Shown in pieces: positions 16,177-25,688 of a stretch of 64,000 bases of DNA. Every line of letters begins with the position of its first letter. The stretch's first letter is position 1. The notes below the pieces were generated by a model. That model was not told where the DNA came from and did not search any database. It saw only the letters and a program-made list of their open reading frames with translations. Made by a program: the position numbers and the translations under genes. Source of the DNA: a bacterium (GTDB lineage Bacteria > Zhuqueibacterota > QNDG01 > JAGLOF01); assembly GCA_023139105.1 (NCBI GenBank), contig JAGLOF010000016.1, positions 959 to 64,958 on the forward strand, written 5' to 3'.

Positions 16177-17316
16177 CTATTTCAATTCATCAACAAAATT
16201 ACTGAGTTTTTTTCTGGAAGTAGGACGTACAAAGGGAATAGCTACAATATGGCCATCCATTGTGTGGTCACGACCGGGCTGCCTGAACTGTATAGTAGCA
16301 TCCTGTTCCAGTGCTGTATTAATACCGATAAATCCAATGGGCGTATTCTCCATAGTGGGTGCTATTACACCACTTAGAACAAGCCCTGCAAGCTTGCCGT
16401 CTACCAGGACTTCCCAGCCGGGCATGGCCTTGCGGCGCCCCTCCATTATAAATGGACACACATGATAATCAATACCGTCAGCTTTCCTGGTTTCCAGAGC
16501 AGCCTTACCGATAAAATCCGTATCAAAGTCCATTGCAAACATCCAGGGATGAGCCAGCGCAGGTTTGTCAGCCATGAGTTCATGACCGTACAGCGGTAGG
16601 CCTGCTTCTGTGCGCAAAGTATCTCTGGCTGCCAGACCACAGGGCATGCAGCCTAGTTGTGTGCCTTCTTCAAGCAATAAATTCCATAGCTTTACCGCAT
16701 TATCGGAATGCGTGTAAATTTCAAAACCAACCTCCCCGGTATAACCGGTTCTGGAGAGAAGAACTTCCATTCCATGGATCTGAACTCCTGGCCTGAAACG
16801 GAAAAACTTCAATCCTCTGATTGATTCCAATCCGGCAACCTTGGCAATTAAACCGGGTGCAGCCGGCCCCTGTAGGTCAATCTTGGCTATTTCATCGGAA
16901 ATATCAGCCAAGGCCAAGTTCTCAGGAGCATTCTTTTTTAGCCATTCAAAATCTCCGGCAATGTCACCGGCATTTACAACCAACATAAAATACTCTTCAT
17001 CATAACGGTATAGAATGCAATCATCAACTACACCGCCTTGTTCATTCAACATAAAATTATACATAGCCTGACCATCTTGTAATTTTTCGATATTATTGGT
17101 CAGGAGACGACTCAAAAAGGGCAAAGCCTCAGCACCGCGAATTTCAAACTCACCCATATGACAAATGTCAAAAAGACCACAGGCATTGCGTGTTGCATGA
17201 TGTTCCTTTGACTGACCGCCAGCATACCACAGAGGCATATTCCAGCCTGCAAAATCAGCCATCTTGCCGCCAAGTTCAATATGCTCATCATAGAGCAGCG
17301 TTTTTTTTGCTTCCAC
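16177..17316 (-). CDS. gcvT: glycine cleavage system aminomethyltransferase
   Basis: LYDEHIELGGKMADFAGWNMPLWY... with full-length family similarity. Confidence 0.9.
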   Translation of the reverse strand: MEAKKTLLYDEHIELGGKMADFAGWNMPLWYAGGQSKEHHATRNACGLFDICHMGEFEIRGAEALPFLSRLLTNNIEKLQDGQAMYNFMLNEQGGVVDDCILYRYDEEYFMLVVNAGDIAGDFEWLKKNAPENLALADISDEIAKIDLQGPAAPGLIAKVAGLESIRGLKFFRFRPGVQIHGMEVLLSRTGYTGEVGFEIYTHSDNAVKLWNLLLEEGTQLGCMPCGLAARDTLRTEAGLPLYGHELMADKPALAHPWMFAMDFDTDFIGKAALETRKADGIDYHVCPFIMEGRRKAMPGWEVLVDGKLAGLVLSGVIAPTMENTPIGFIGINTALEQDATIQFRQPGRDHTMDGHIVAIPFVRPTSRKKLSNFVDELK

Positions 17317-17760
17317 AATATCCTCACTATGTTAAATAGTAAATAGAGTAATGTTGCTCATTTGATTAGAATTGTTATACTTAAACGCCAATTATTTCAA
17401 TTTCAAATGAGGAGAATCTGTCCGGCATTAAGCCGGAAAATATCATGAAATTTATGTTCAGGTAATTAAATGTCAACTTACAGTTAATTTATTGACTTAT
17501 GAGTCATTTGTCAACCTTTTTTTCAAGGTTGAAGCTAATATATTATTAAATTTTATCTCATTTACAGAGTACAAATTTCCACTTTGTCAACTTTATACAT
17601 CACTGCAATTTCGCTTCTATTACATACTATAGCCCCAAAAGGACTGACGTCAGAAAATAAATTGTGTGATTGTTACAGAAAACAATGGGTAATATAGAAT
17701 GAAAAATGTTGATATCAAGGAATTCTTATGATCCTGTCCTGCTCTTTTTTTATCTGTGTA

Positions 17761-17888
17761 GGGCAGGGAGGTTCCGTGTATTCCGTGAAGAAATGCTTTT
17801 TCTTTTGGGCTCTTCCGGGTATTCTATGGATTAATAACATATATACCAACATGCTGTGCTCATCTGCGCTCAATCTGCGTTATCTGCG
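17761..17888. repeat. GGGCAGGG + (TTCCGTG)x2 ... (ATCTGCG)x3 module cluster
   Basis: TTCCGTG at 17772 and 17781 (period 9). ATCTGCG at 17862, 17873 and 17882 (periods 11 and 9). The grammar matches 45301-45330. Confidence 0.8.
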
Positions 17889-17982
17889 GATTTATAATTC
17901 CACACTATTGCCGGAAAAGCCTTAAAATAAAAAGAACAATGGGCCTTTTAATCCTGGAAGGATAGCATATCTATTGGCTGCA

Positions 17983-19053
17983 CTATTTAAAAACACGAAT
18001 AACATCGTTATAAATAACAAAAATCATAAACACCAGGAGAACAGCCATGCCCACCTGCTGGATTATCATCTTCACCTTTAAGGGAATATCCCGGCGTATA
18101 ATACCTTCAATTGTCAGAAAGAACATATGACCGCCATCCAGAACGGGTATGGGCATAAGATTAAGTATAGCAAGATTAAGACTTAAAAGTGCCATGAAAG
18201 ATATCAATGTCGCCCATCCTGCTCTTGCAGAGTCACCGGCCATTTTGGCAATGCCAACCGGGCCGGCTAAATTTTTAATTGACTCTTTTCCTGTAACAAG
18301 CTTGACAACAGCTTCTACTATAAACCGGCCCAGAGCCCATGTGGCTTTTATTGAACGTCCTGCTGATTCAACCGGATTGATATGCCTGATTGTAAAATCC
18401 CGCTCAATACCAATCTGCGGCCAGCGCACGGTCTGCCCGTCTTGTTCCTGCTCATGCACAAGCGGAGTGATTGTCAGTTGAAATGCAGAATCAGCCCTGA
18501 CAACATTTATATCAATAGTCTCACCACCACTGGACCTGATGAGGCGTGTCATATCATCCCATGTGGTGACAGGTTGTTCATTAATAGATGTAATTTTGTC
18601 ACCCGGCAAGAGCCCCGCTTCTACAGCAGGCAAATTTTCTACCAGACTGCCGACAACAGAACCCTCATTGTAAACGGCCTCACCTGAAATCATTCCAGCT
18701 GCCCAGATAACGGCAAATGTGAAAAAGATATTCATGAAAGGGCCTGCAAATATCACCAGCATTCTCTGTATCCATGGATGGGCTCTGAATTCCCATGGTT
18801 TGGGTGCTGCCTCAAGTGTGTCTGTGTCCATAGACTCATCTATCATTCCCGTAATCTTCACATATCCACCAAAAGGAATCCAGCTAAGGCAGTAATCCGT
18901 ATCTCCAACTTTTTTACCGATCATGCGTGGAGGATAACCCAGGGAAAAACGCTCAACCCGTATATGAAACAACTTTGCACAGAGAAAGTGACCCAATTCA
19001 TGGATGAAGACCAGAACGCCTAAAACAAAAACAGTTGAAAGCAGCGTAATCAT
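17983..19053 (-). CDS. rseP: RIP metalloprotease RseP (site-2 protease)
   Basis: HELGHF zinc motif in TM1, a PDZ region and the NLMPIPVLDGG motif. Confidence 0.9.
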   Translation of the reverse strand: MITLLSTVFVLGVLVFIHELGHFLCAKLFHIRVERFSLGYPPRMIGKKVGDTDYCLSWIPFGGYVKITGMIDESMDTDTLEAAPKPWEFRAHPWIQRMLVIFAGPFMNIFFTFAVIWAAGMISGEAVYNEGSVVGSLVENLPAVEAGLLPGDKITSINEQPVTTWDDMTRLIRSSGGETIDINVVRADSAFQLTITPLVHEQEQDGQTVRWPQIGIERDFTIRHINPVESAGRSIKATWALGRFIVEAVVKLVTGKESIKNLAGPVGIAKMAGDSARAGWATLISFMALLSLNLAILNLMPIPVLDGGHMFFLTIEGIIRRDIPLKVKMIIQQVGMAVLLVFMIFVIYNDVIRVFK

Positions 19054-19074
19054 AAAATATCCCTTTTAATTTAT

Positions 19075-20238
19075 CTATCTACCCATTTCCAAATGCCTGT
19101 TCAGCCAGACACGAACATCCCGGTCAATCTCCAGAATGGCGGGCAGATCAACAGCACCGCTTTTAGCAAACTCGTGAAGTGCCATCTCAATATATCGTGA
19201 AATATCTGTAAATTTAATCTGTCCCCGGATAAAAGCTTCCACAGCTATTTCATCTGCAGCATTAAGCACAGCAGGAGCTGTTCCACCTGTTTTTAATGCA
19301 TCAAAGGCCAGAGCCAAAGCCGGAAATTTGTGCAGATCCGGCGGCTCAAAATTGAGAGCAAATGTATCAGACCAATCCATCCGTCTAAAACTACCTCCCA
19401 GACGATGCGGAAAACCAAGTGCATAGGCTATTGGTATACGCATATCCGGTTCACCAAGTTGAGCCTTTACAGAACCATCGATAAACAAAATCATTGAATG
19501 TACAATTGACTGAGGATGAACAACAACCTCAATTTGATCAGGCCCCACTCCAAATAACCAACGGGCTTCAATTACTTCCAGGCCTTTATTCAGGAGTGTC
19601 GCAGAATCAATAGTTACTTTTCTGCCCATAGACCAATTAGGATGAGCCAGAGCCTGCTCAACAGTTACGCCGGCCAAGTCTTCTTTGGCAGTCTCTCTGA
19701 AAGGCCCGCCTGATGCCGTTAAAATCAACTTTTCAACTGATTCGGCCCTCTCTCCCACCAGGCATTGAAACAGTGCTGAGTGCTCTGAATCAATAGGAAG
19801 TATGGAAAGATTACGTTTTGCAGCCATGCCCATAATCAATTCACCGGCCATAACCAGAACTTCTTTATTGGCCAAAGCTATCGGCCGATTTGCCTCAAGA
19901 GCAGTGACTGTCGCCTCAAGCCCCACAGCTCCTACCAGAGCATTTACTACAAGATCAGCAGCATCATATGCTGCTGCATCCAGAAGGCCCTGCCTGCCAA
20001 AAAGCAGATTGACACCAATATCGTGGAAACGGCTGCGCCAGTGAGTCCGATCAACATCACCTGTCAGAACGGCCAGGGCAGGACGCCACTTCCGTGCAAT
20101 ATCGTAGAGACTTTCCGCTCCGGAGTGTGCAGTTATAACTTTCAATTCAAAGAGATCTTCATGCTGACTCATGACATCAAGAGTCTGAAGACCAATAGAA
20201 CCTGTTGCTCCCCACAATGCAATGCGTTTTCTAGCCAT
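19075..20238 (-). CDS. dxr: 1-deoxy-D-xylulose-5-phosphate reductoisomerase
   Basis: GATGSIG NADPH motif, LANKE and HPNWSMG motifs. Confidence 0.95.
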   Translation of the reverse strand: MARKRIALWGATGSIGLQTLDVMSQHEDLFELKVITAHSGAESLYDIARKWRPALAVLTGDVDRTHWRSRFHDIGVNLLFGRQGLLDAAAYDAADLVVNALVGAVGLEATVTALEANRPIALANKEVLVMAGELIMGMAAKRNLSILPIDSEHSALFQCLVGERAESVEKLILTASGGPFRETAKEDLAGVTVEQALAHPNWSMGRKVTIDSATLLNKGLEVIEARWLFGVGPDQIEVVVHPQSIVHSMILFIDGSVKAQLGEPDMRIPIAYALGFPHRLGGSFRRMDWSDTFALNFEPPDLHKFPALALAFDALKTGGTAPAVLNAADEIAVEAFIRGQIKFTDISRYIEMALHEFAKSGAVDLPAILEIDRDVRVWLNRHLEMGR

Positions 20239-21061
20239 GTAGCTCCTCCGGACCTGGAAGCAAGGTAAAATCAGAACGCAATTCTTCTATTTTGCCTAGT
20301 TCCGAATCTGTAAGAGAGGCATCTGCAAAACAAATATTCAATTGCTCAGCCATACCTGCGCGCAGGTGAGGCGTCACTTCATCATACTCTACTGTTCTTC
20401 CCAGGCATGCGCCTATTGATGACGTCTTGGATTCAATAGCGCGTCTGAGCCTGGTCTTTTCCCGTTCTGTTCCGCCGGAGAGAAACTTGGGTAGATCAAG
20501 ATGTGCATCACCGATAAGAATGGAACCATGTTGCAACATGCCTTCAGCCAGATGACGTTGAGCTGAACCAACAAGTTTTTTCCCATCTACTAAAATTTCA
20601 TGTCGTGCCGCTGCAGAAAAACAGGACACGGACAGATCTTTTTTATAGTGTTCATGCAGGTCTACAGATCGTTTTTCCAGTTCAGCCGGCACATCCATAC
20701 GCCTGATACCACGGGCAAGCCCCTGGCTCAGTGTCATATACAGAGCAGCTACATTATCCAGGTACTGCGTATTAGACTTGGGAATTATCACTGAGTAAGT
20801 AACCTCTTCCGCATGAAATACTGCCCGCCCGCCTGTAGGCCTGCGAACAACATGTATACCCGCATCCTTACATGCAGCTACATCTATGCTGTCAAGTTTC
20901 TGATGATAACCAAGAGAGATGCAGTAGGGGGCCCATCTATACATCCGCATTGTTGGCATGCCAACTTCTTCTGAACATGCAAGAATAGCCTGGTCCATGG
21001 CCATTTGTCGTGCCCCGTCGGAAAAGCCCGTATCTATCCAGCGCCATGTATTAATACTCAT
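20231..21061 (-). CDS. biotin/lipoate A/B protein ligase family protein (LplA/LipB-like)
   Basis: BPL_LplA_LipB-type core (RRPTGGRAVFH, KKLVGSAQR). The likely start is MSINTW at 21061. Confidence 0.7.
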   Translation of the reverse strand: MSINTWRWIDTGFSDGARQMAMDQAILACSEEVGMPTMRMYRWAPYCISLGYHQKLDSIDVAACKDAGIHVVRRPTGGRAVFHAEEVTYSVIIPKSNTQYLDNVAALYMTLSQGLARGIRRMDVPAELEKRSVDLHEHYKKDLSVSCFSAAARHEILVDGKKLVGSAQRHLAEGMLQHGSILIGDAHLDLPKFLSGGTEREKTRLRRAIESKTSSIGACLGRTVEYDEVTPHLRAGMAEQLNICFADASLTDSELGKIEELRSDFTLLPGPEELHG

Positions 21062-21062
21062 A

Positions 21063-21842
21063 TCAGCGTACAATCCCACGTTTGGAGTTGTCCATAAACT
21101 GCATAACATTTTCAATAACAGGCGTTATCTCAAGCTCGGAACGGATACGCTGAAATGCCTGGCTTGTATTGAGTTTGGAGCGATAGATGATTCGATATGA
21201 TTGCCGCAGTAAACGTATCTCCGCCTTATCAAAACCACGTCTCTTTAATCCAACGGCATTTAAACCATTATATGCCAGGGGCTCACCTGCAGCCAGAATA
21301 TATGGAGGCACATCCTGTACAACACGGAAACCGCCTCCGATAAATGAGTGCTGACCCACAGTACAAAACTGATGCACAGGTGTGAGACCTCCAATAATCA
21401 CCCAGTCTTCCAAGGTGACATGACCGGCCAGTTGAACGCCATTCGCCAGGATAACTCTATCTCCAACCACACAATCATGTGCAACATGACTGTAGGCCAT
21501 AAGCAGACAATGAGCACCTACACTGGTTTTATTAGTACTGACCGTTCCCCTGTTAAGATCGGCATACTCACGGATGACCGTAAAATCGCCAATCTCCAGT
21601 GTCGTTGGTTCACCTGCATACTTCAAATCCTGTGGAGGCGAACCAATAACAGCGCCGTGATGAATATCGCAGGAGCGGCCGATACGTGCACCATCATCCA
21701 CTAAAACATGTGAATGAATTACAGTATCTTCTGCAATTTTAACATCACCGCGAATTATTGAAAATGCTCCAACACTGACTGAATCAGCAAGTTCTGCTTT
21801 GGGATCTATAATTGCTGTTGGATGAATTTTAGCCAACGGCAA
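21063..21842 (-). CDS. lpxA: acyl-ACP--UDP-GlcNAc O-acyltransferase
   Basis: Hexapeptide repeats followed by an LpxA C-terminal helical domain (GLNAVGLKRRGF). Confidence 0.95.
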   Translation of the reverse strand: MPLAKIHPTAIIDPKAELADSVSVGAFSIIRGDVKIAEDTVIHSHVLVDDGARIGRSCDIHHGAVIGSPPQDLKYAGEPTTLEIGDFTVIREYADLNRGTVSTNKTSVGAHCLLMAYSHVAHDCVVGDRVILANGVQLAGHVTLEDWVIIGGLTPVHQFCTVGQHSFIGGGFRVVQDVPPYILAAGEPLAYNGLNAVGLKRRGFDKAEIRLLRQSYRIIYRSKLNTSQAFQRIRSELEITPVIENVMQFMDNSKRGIVR

Positions 21843-21848
21843 GTCTCC

Positions 21849-23252
21849 TTATTCTCTATCTACAATTGCGCACATCAATTCGGATTCACATACAAGTTCA
21901 TCATCTACAAAGGCCTTACAAGCCATTTTGCAGGAACTTGCCCTCTGACGCAGCAATGTAATGTCTAAAATTAACTGATCTCCCGGTACAACCGGCTTAC
22001 GGAAGCGTACTTTATCAATTGTCATGAAATAAGCTATCTTTGACTCGGGATCTTCCAGACTGTTCAGAAGAAGCACAGCACCAGCCTGAGCCATACACTC
22101 CAATTGCAATACACCTGGCATTACAGGGTGGTCAGGAAAATGACCCGGGAAAAACGGCTCATTCATCGTAACATTTTTCAAACCCACAACCCTCGTACCC
22201 GGATCCAGTTCAATAATCCGGTCAACAAGAAGGAAGGGATAACGATGAGGAAGTATCCTGGCAATGGCCTCACTGTCAAAAATTACTCCACGTTTTGTGG
22301 GTTTTTTCTGGTATTTAGAAGTAAGTTTTTTCTTTTGATAGAGCTGACGTATCTTCTTCACCAATTCTACATGAGCAGCATGCCCGGAGCGTGCTGCCAT
22401 AACATGGGCCTTTAGCGGAACTCCCAAAAGCGCAAGATCTCCAATTAAATCCAGGGTTTTATGCCTCACTGGCTCATTGGCAAAACGCAGCTCTTTATTA
22501 CCGAGTATTTCACCATGATGCCCTACCGACACTTCACCCTTGAGCCCAAACCTTTTGGTCAGTCCGGCCATCTCTTCAGTGGATACTTCACGGTCAACTA
22601 TTACCACAGCATTGTCCAGATTACCGCCTTGTATCAGACCTTTATCATGCAGCATCTCTACTTCTGTCAAAAAACAAAAAGTACGCGTAGGTGCATAGTC
22701 TGTCACAAATTCATCAGATAATGAATACATTGACGTATACTGTGTACCTAGTGCAGGATTTTTATAATCTACCATAAAAGTAATACGCAGTTCATCAGAG
22801 GGAAAGACAACCATATCAATGCCATTTTCAGGATCAGTATATGTAATTGTCTCATCTATTTCAAGATACTGTCTCTCGGCATCCTGCTCAACAATACCTG
22901 CTTCCTGTAGAATTTTTACAAACGGCATAGCACTGCCGTCACCGACAGGCGGTTCATTTGAATCAACTTCTACACGAACATTGTCAATCTCCATACCATA
23001 GAGAGCGGCCAAAACATGTTCAACCTGCCTTATGCGTACATCACCAATGCCAATTGTTGTGTCCCGTGAATTATCAACGACATGATCGATATCAGCCTGT
23101 ATCTCCGGGCAATTTTCAATATCAGTCCTTACAAATCTAATGCCGGTATTGGGTTCAGCAGGCCAGAAAGTAATTGTAACTTTATTGCCTGTATGCAAAC
23201 CTGTTCCGGAATCCGAAACCGGTTTGCCGATAGTGCGTTGTTGTGTAATCAT
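21849..23252 (-). CDS. lpxC/fabZ: bifunctional UDP-3-O-acyl-GlcNAc deacetylase / 3-hydroxyacyl-ACP dehydratase
   Basis: LpxC N-terminal half (GTGLHTG..., HKTLDLIGDL) fused to FabZ (LPHRYPFLLVDRI, FFPGHFP..PVMPGVL). Confidence 0.95.
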   Translation of the reverse strand: MITQQRTIGKPVSDSGTGLHTGNKVTITFWPAEPNTGIRFVRTDIENCPEIQADIDHVVDNSRDTTIGIGDVRIRQVEHVLAALYGMEIDNVRVEVDSNEPPVGDGSAMPFVKILQEAGIVEQDAERQYLEIDETITYTDPENGIDMVVFPSDELRITFMVDYKNPALGTQYTSMYSLSDEFVTDYAPTRTFCFLTEVEMLHDKGLIQGGNLDNAVVIVDREVSTEEMAGLTKRFGLKGEVSVGHHGEILGNKELRFANEPVRHKTLDLIGDLALLGVPLKAHVMAARSGHAAHVELVKKIRQLYQKKKLTSKYQKKPTKRGVIFDSEAIARILPHRYPFLLVDRIIELDPGTRVVGLKNVTMNEPFFPGHFPDHPVMPGVLQLECMAQAGAVLLLNSLEDPESKIAYFMTIDKVRFRKPVVPGDQLILDITLLRQRASSCKMACKAFVDDELVCESELMCAIVDRE

Positions 23253-23352
23253 AAATTCCTCTTTATAATTTCAACTTAAATGCTGTCTCATAAGCCCGAA
23301 TGAATCTCATAAAAAATTTTGAAATCATCATGACAACACCTGTCTATTCAGA

Positions 23353-24393
23353 TCAGGAACCTACCGAACGGGAGGCCGACAAATCATCTAACTTAGCTTT
23401 AATTTCCTTAATATCCTTTAATGCCTTAGGCAGTTGCCTTTTAGCTGCATCCAGGCGCATCTCCTGTCTATGCGGCCCCGCAGGCGAACCAACTACTACT
23501 TCATTATCCTTTAGAGATTTGGACACGCCGGATTGAGCCATAATTGCCACATTATCACCAATGGAAATATGTCCGGCAAAACCAACCTGCCCGCCTACAC
23601 GGCACCAGCCTTTAATATTCGTGCTGCCTGAAAGGCCTGTCTGTGCTGCAATTACAGTATGCGGCCCTATGGAACAATTATGTGCCACTTGTATCAGGTT
23701 ATCCAACTTGGTGCCGCATAGTATACGTGTTTCACCCATGGTTGCCCGGTCGATTGTGACATTCGCACCAATTTCCACATCATCTTCAATTACAACTGTG
23801 CCTATCTGAGGAATTTTGTGATAGGCTCCATTATGAGGTACAAATCCAAAACCGTCACAACCAATTACAGTCCCATCATATATTACAACACGATCACCAA
23901 GAATTACAGCTTCCCGCAGACTGACATTTGCATGAATAATACAGTCATCACCAATCTTTACACCATCTCCAACAACGGTATTGGGCAATATCTGTGTATT
24001 GGCGCCGATAGAACAATTACTGCCTATTACGACATGTGCGCCTACTGCTGCTCCCCTGCCCAGATCTGTGCCTTCTCCGATAATTGCAGAAGCGTGAACT
24101 CCTGCTGGTATAAATGGTCTTACTGGAAAAAACATACGAATAGTCTGCATAAACGCAAAATATGAGTTTTTACATCTGATAACCGGCAGCTGTGTTGGCA
24201 CTTCCACATCAAGGGGTATAATAACTGCAGATGCCCCTGTATTCTCCAGATGTTTCACATATTTGGTATTTGCTAAAAATGAAATACTGCCTTCTTTACC
24301 CTCTTCAATTTTAGACACGCCATTTATGATCATATCCGGAGGGCCGACAAGCTCTCCATCGACCAGCTCGGCGATAGATTGCAATGTAAACAT
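23353..24393 (-). CDS. lpxD: UDP-3-O-acylglucosamine N-acyltransferase
   Basis: LpxD N-domain followed by long hexapeptide repeats. Confidence 0.95.
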   Translation of the reverse strand: MFTLQSIAELVDGELVGPPDMIINGVSKIEEGKEGSISFLANTKYVKHLENTGASAVIIPLDVEVPTQLPVIRCKNSYFAFMQTIRMFFPVRPFIPAGVHASAIIGEGTDLGRGAAVGAHVVIGSNCSIGANTQILPNTVVGDGVKIGDDCIIHANVSLREAVILGDRVVIYDGTVIGCDGFGFVPHNGAYHKIPQIGTVVIEDDVEIGANVTIDRATMGETRILCGTKLDNLIQVAHNCSIGPHTVIAAQTGLSGSTNIKGWCRVGGQVGFAGHISIGDNVAIMAQSGVSKSLKDNEVVVGSPAGPHRQEMRLDAAKRQLPKALKDIKEIKAKLDDLSASRSVGS

Positions 24394-24941
24394 CAGCGAC
24401 CTCGATTAGTATTTTTCTTTTTCGGGGATTGACGCCGTAAAAGCTCTATCACATCTTCAGTGATATCCATATTCTCTTTGGCAAAAAGTATATTACCCTC
24501 AATGGAGTCGAAGACAATATCCAATCCCCGGTCATCGGCAATCTCATCGACAGCGACCTTAATATTTTCATATATTGGCCTCAGCAGTTCTTCCTGCTTT
24601 TTAAAATATTGGCCGGCATCACCCCAAACTTGTTTCTGAAACTGCTGAATCTCCTGGTGAAGCGCAGAGATTTCATCCGTTCTCTCTTTTTTCCGTGCGT
24701 TACTCAGAAGCAGGCTATAGGTTTCAAGCTCTTTCTCCATCTTATCCAAATTCCGATTCTTCTCCGAGAGTTCCTGTTCCCACTTACGGTTCTCCTCATT
24801 CAATAGTTTTTCAGCATCTCTGACAGCCTCATAACTATCTCTTATCTTCTTGGAATCCACATAGCCGATTTTAGATTGTGCCTGTATAGCGGACGAAAAA
24901 AGCAGTATTAGAGCCATACTCAATGCAATGTAAAATCTCAC
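24393..24941 (-). CDS. skp: OmpH/Skp-family periplasmic chaperone
   Basis: AAGGAGG lies 5 nt upstream of the GTG at 24941. Signal peptide ..LLFSSAIQAQS and a K/E/Q-rich coiled-coil. The longer ORF-track start is unlikely. Confidence 0.8.
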   Translation of the reverse strand: MRFYIALSMALILLFSSAIQAQSKIGYVDSKKIRDSYEAVRDAEKLLNEENRKWEQELSEKNRNLDKMEKELETYSLLLSNARKKERTDEISALHQEIQQFQKQVWGDAGQYFKKQEELLRPIYENIKVAVDEIADDRGLDIVFDSIEGNILFAKENMDITEDVIELLRRQSPKKKNTNRGR

Positions 24942-25112
24942 TTCATCCTCCTTAAAGCCGCAAAAACGACTATTGTTACAGGTAAGAGAACCAACCCTCT
25001 CAAAACAATAAAACATCCATGGCCTCTTCAAGGTGGATGTCTAATTGAAAACTGTGCCGGCCACTGACAAAGAGACCGGCACACTATCAGAACAATGCTC
25101 TTGAAATAATTA

Positions 25113-25646
25113 CTATTTCGTGGCAGTGCCTTTATCCTTCTGCAGTTCCTCAAGCACTTTTTCCGTAATATTAATAGAATCTTTTGCAAAAAGCAGTGCT
25201 TCTGATTTCAAAACAAAATCATAACCATTTTCATCACCGACATTCTTTATTGCTGTATCCACTTCTTCAACTATCGGCCCCAGAAGTTCATCACGCCGTT
25301 TATTGAACTCCTGATCTTTAACCTGTGCCTGTTGCTGCAACTGTTGATACAGAGTCTGAAGCTCTTCATACTGTTGACGTTTTTTCTCTTCACTGAGCAT
25401 AAGGCTCTGCTGTTCAAGTTTTTTCTGACGGTCAACAAGATCTTTTTCCATCGTCTGGAGCTCTGAGGCAATAACCGCTCTCTCACTCTCAAGTTGTTTG
25501 GCAATATCAATAGAACCTTGATACTTGGCCATGATGTACTGAGTATCTACATAACCGACTTTCAATTGAGCCATAACAGGCATTGCTACAAATACAAGCA
25601 ATAAAGCCAGAACTACAAATAAACGTTGAATTTTTTGAATAGACAA
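25113..25646 (-). CDS. skp: OmpH/Skp-family periplasmic chaperone (second copy)
   Basis: Signal peptide ..AMPVMAQ, then LKVGYVD and a coiled-coil. Confidence 0.8.
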   Translation of the reverse strand: MSIQKIQRLFVVLALLLVFVAMPVMAQLKVGYVDTQYIMAKYQGSIDIAKQLESERAVIASELQTMEKDLVDRQKKLEQQSLMLSEEKKRQQYEELQTLYQQLQQQAQVKDQEFNKRRDELLGPIVEEVDTAIKNVGDENGYDFVLKSEALLFAKDSINITEKVLEELQKDKGTATK

Positions 25647-25688
25647 TTTTTCCTCCTGATATAAATGATCTTACATTTTTTTATATTA

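Noticed and set aside
17317-17460. Glycine riboswitch in the gcvT leader
   Set aside because: I could not find the conserved GGAGAG / CTCTGGAGAG / ACCGAAGGGGCAA cores on the - strand. A covariance-model scan is still needed to be certain.
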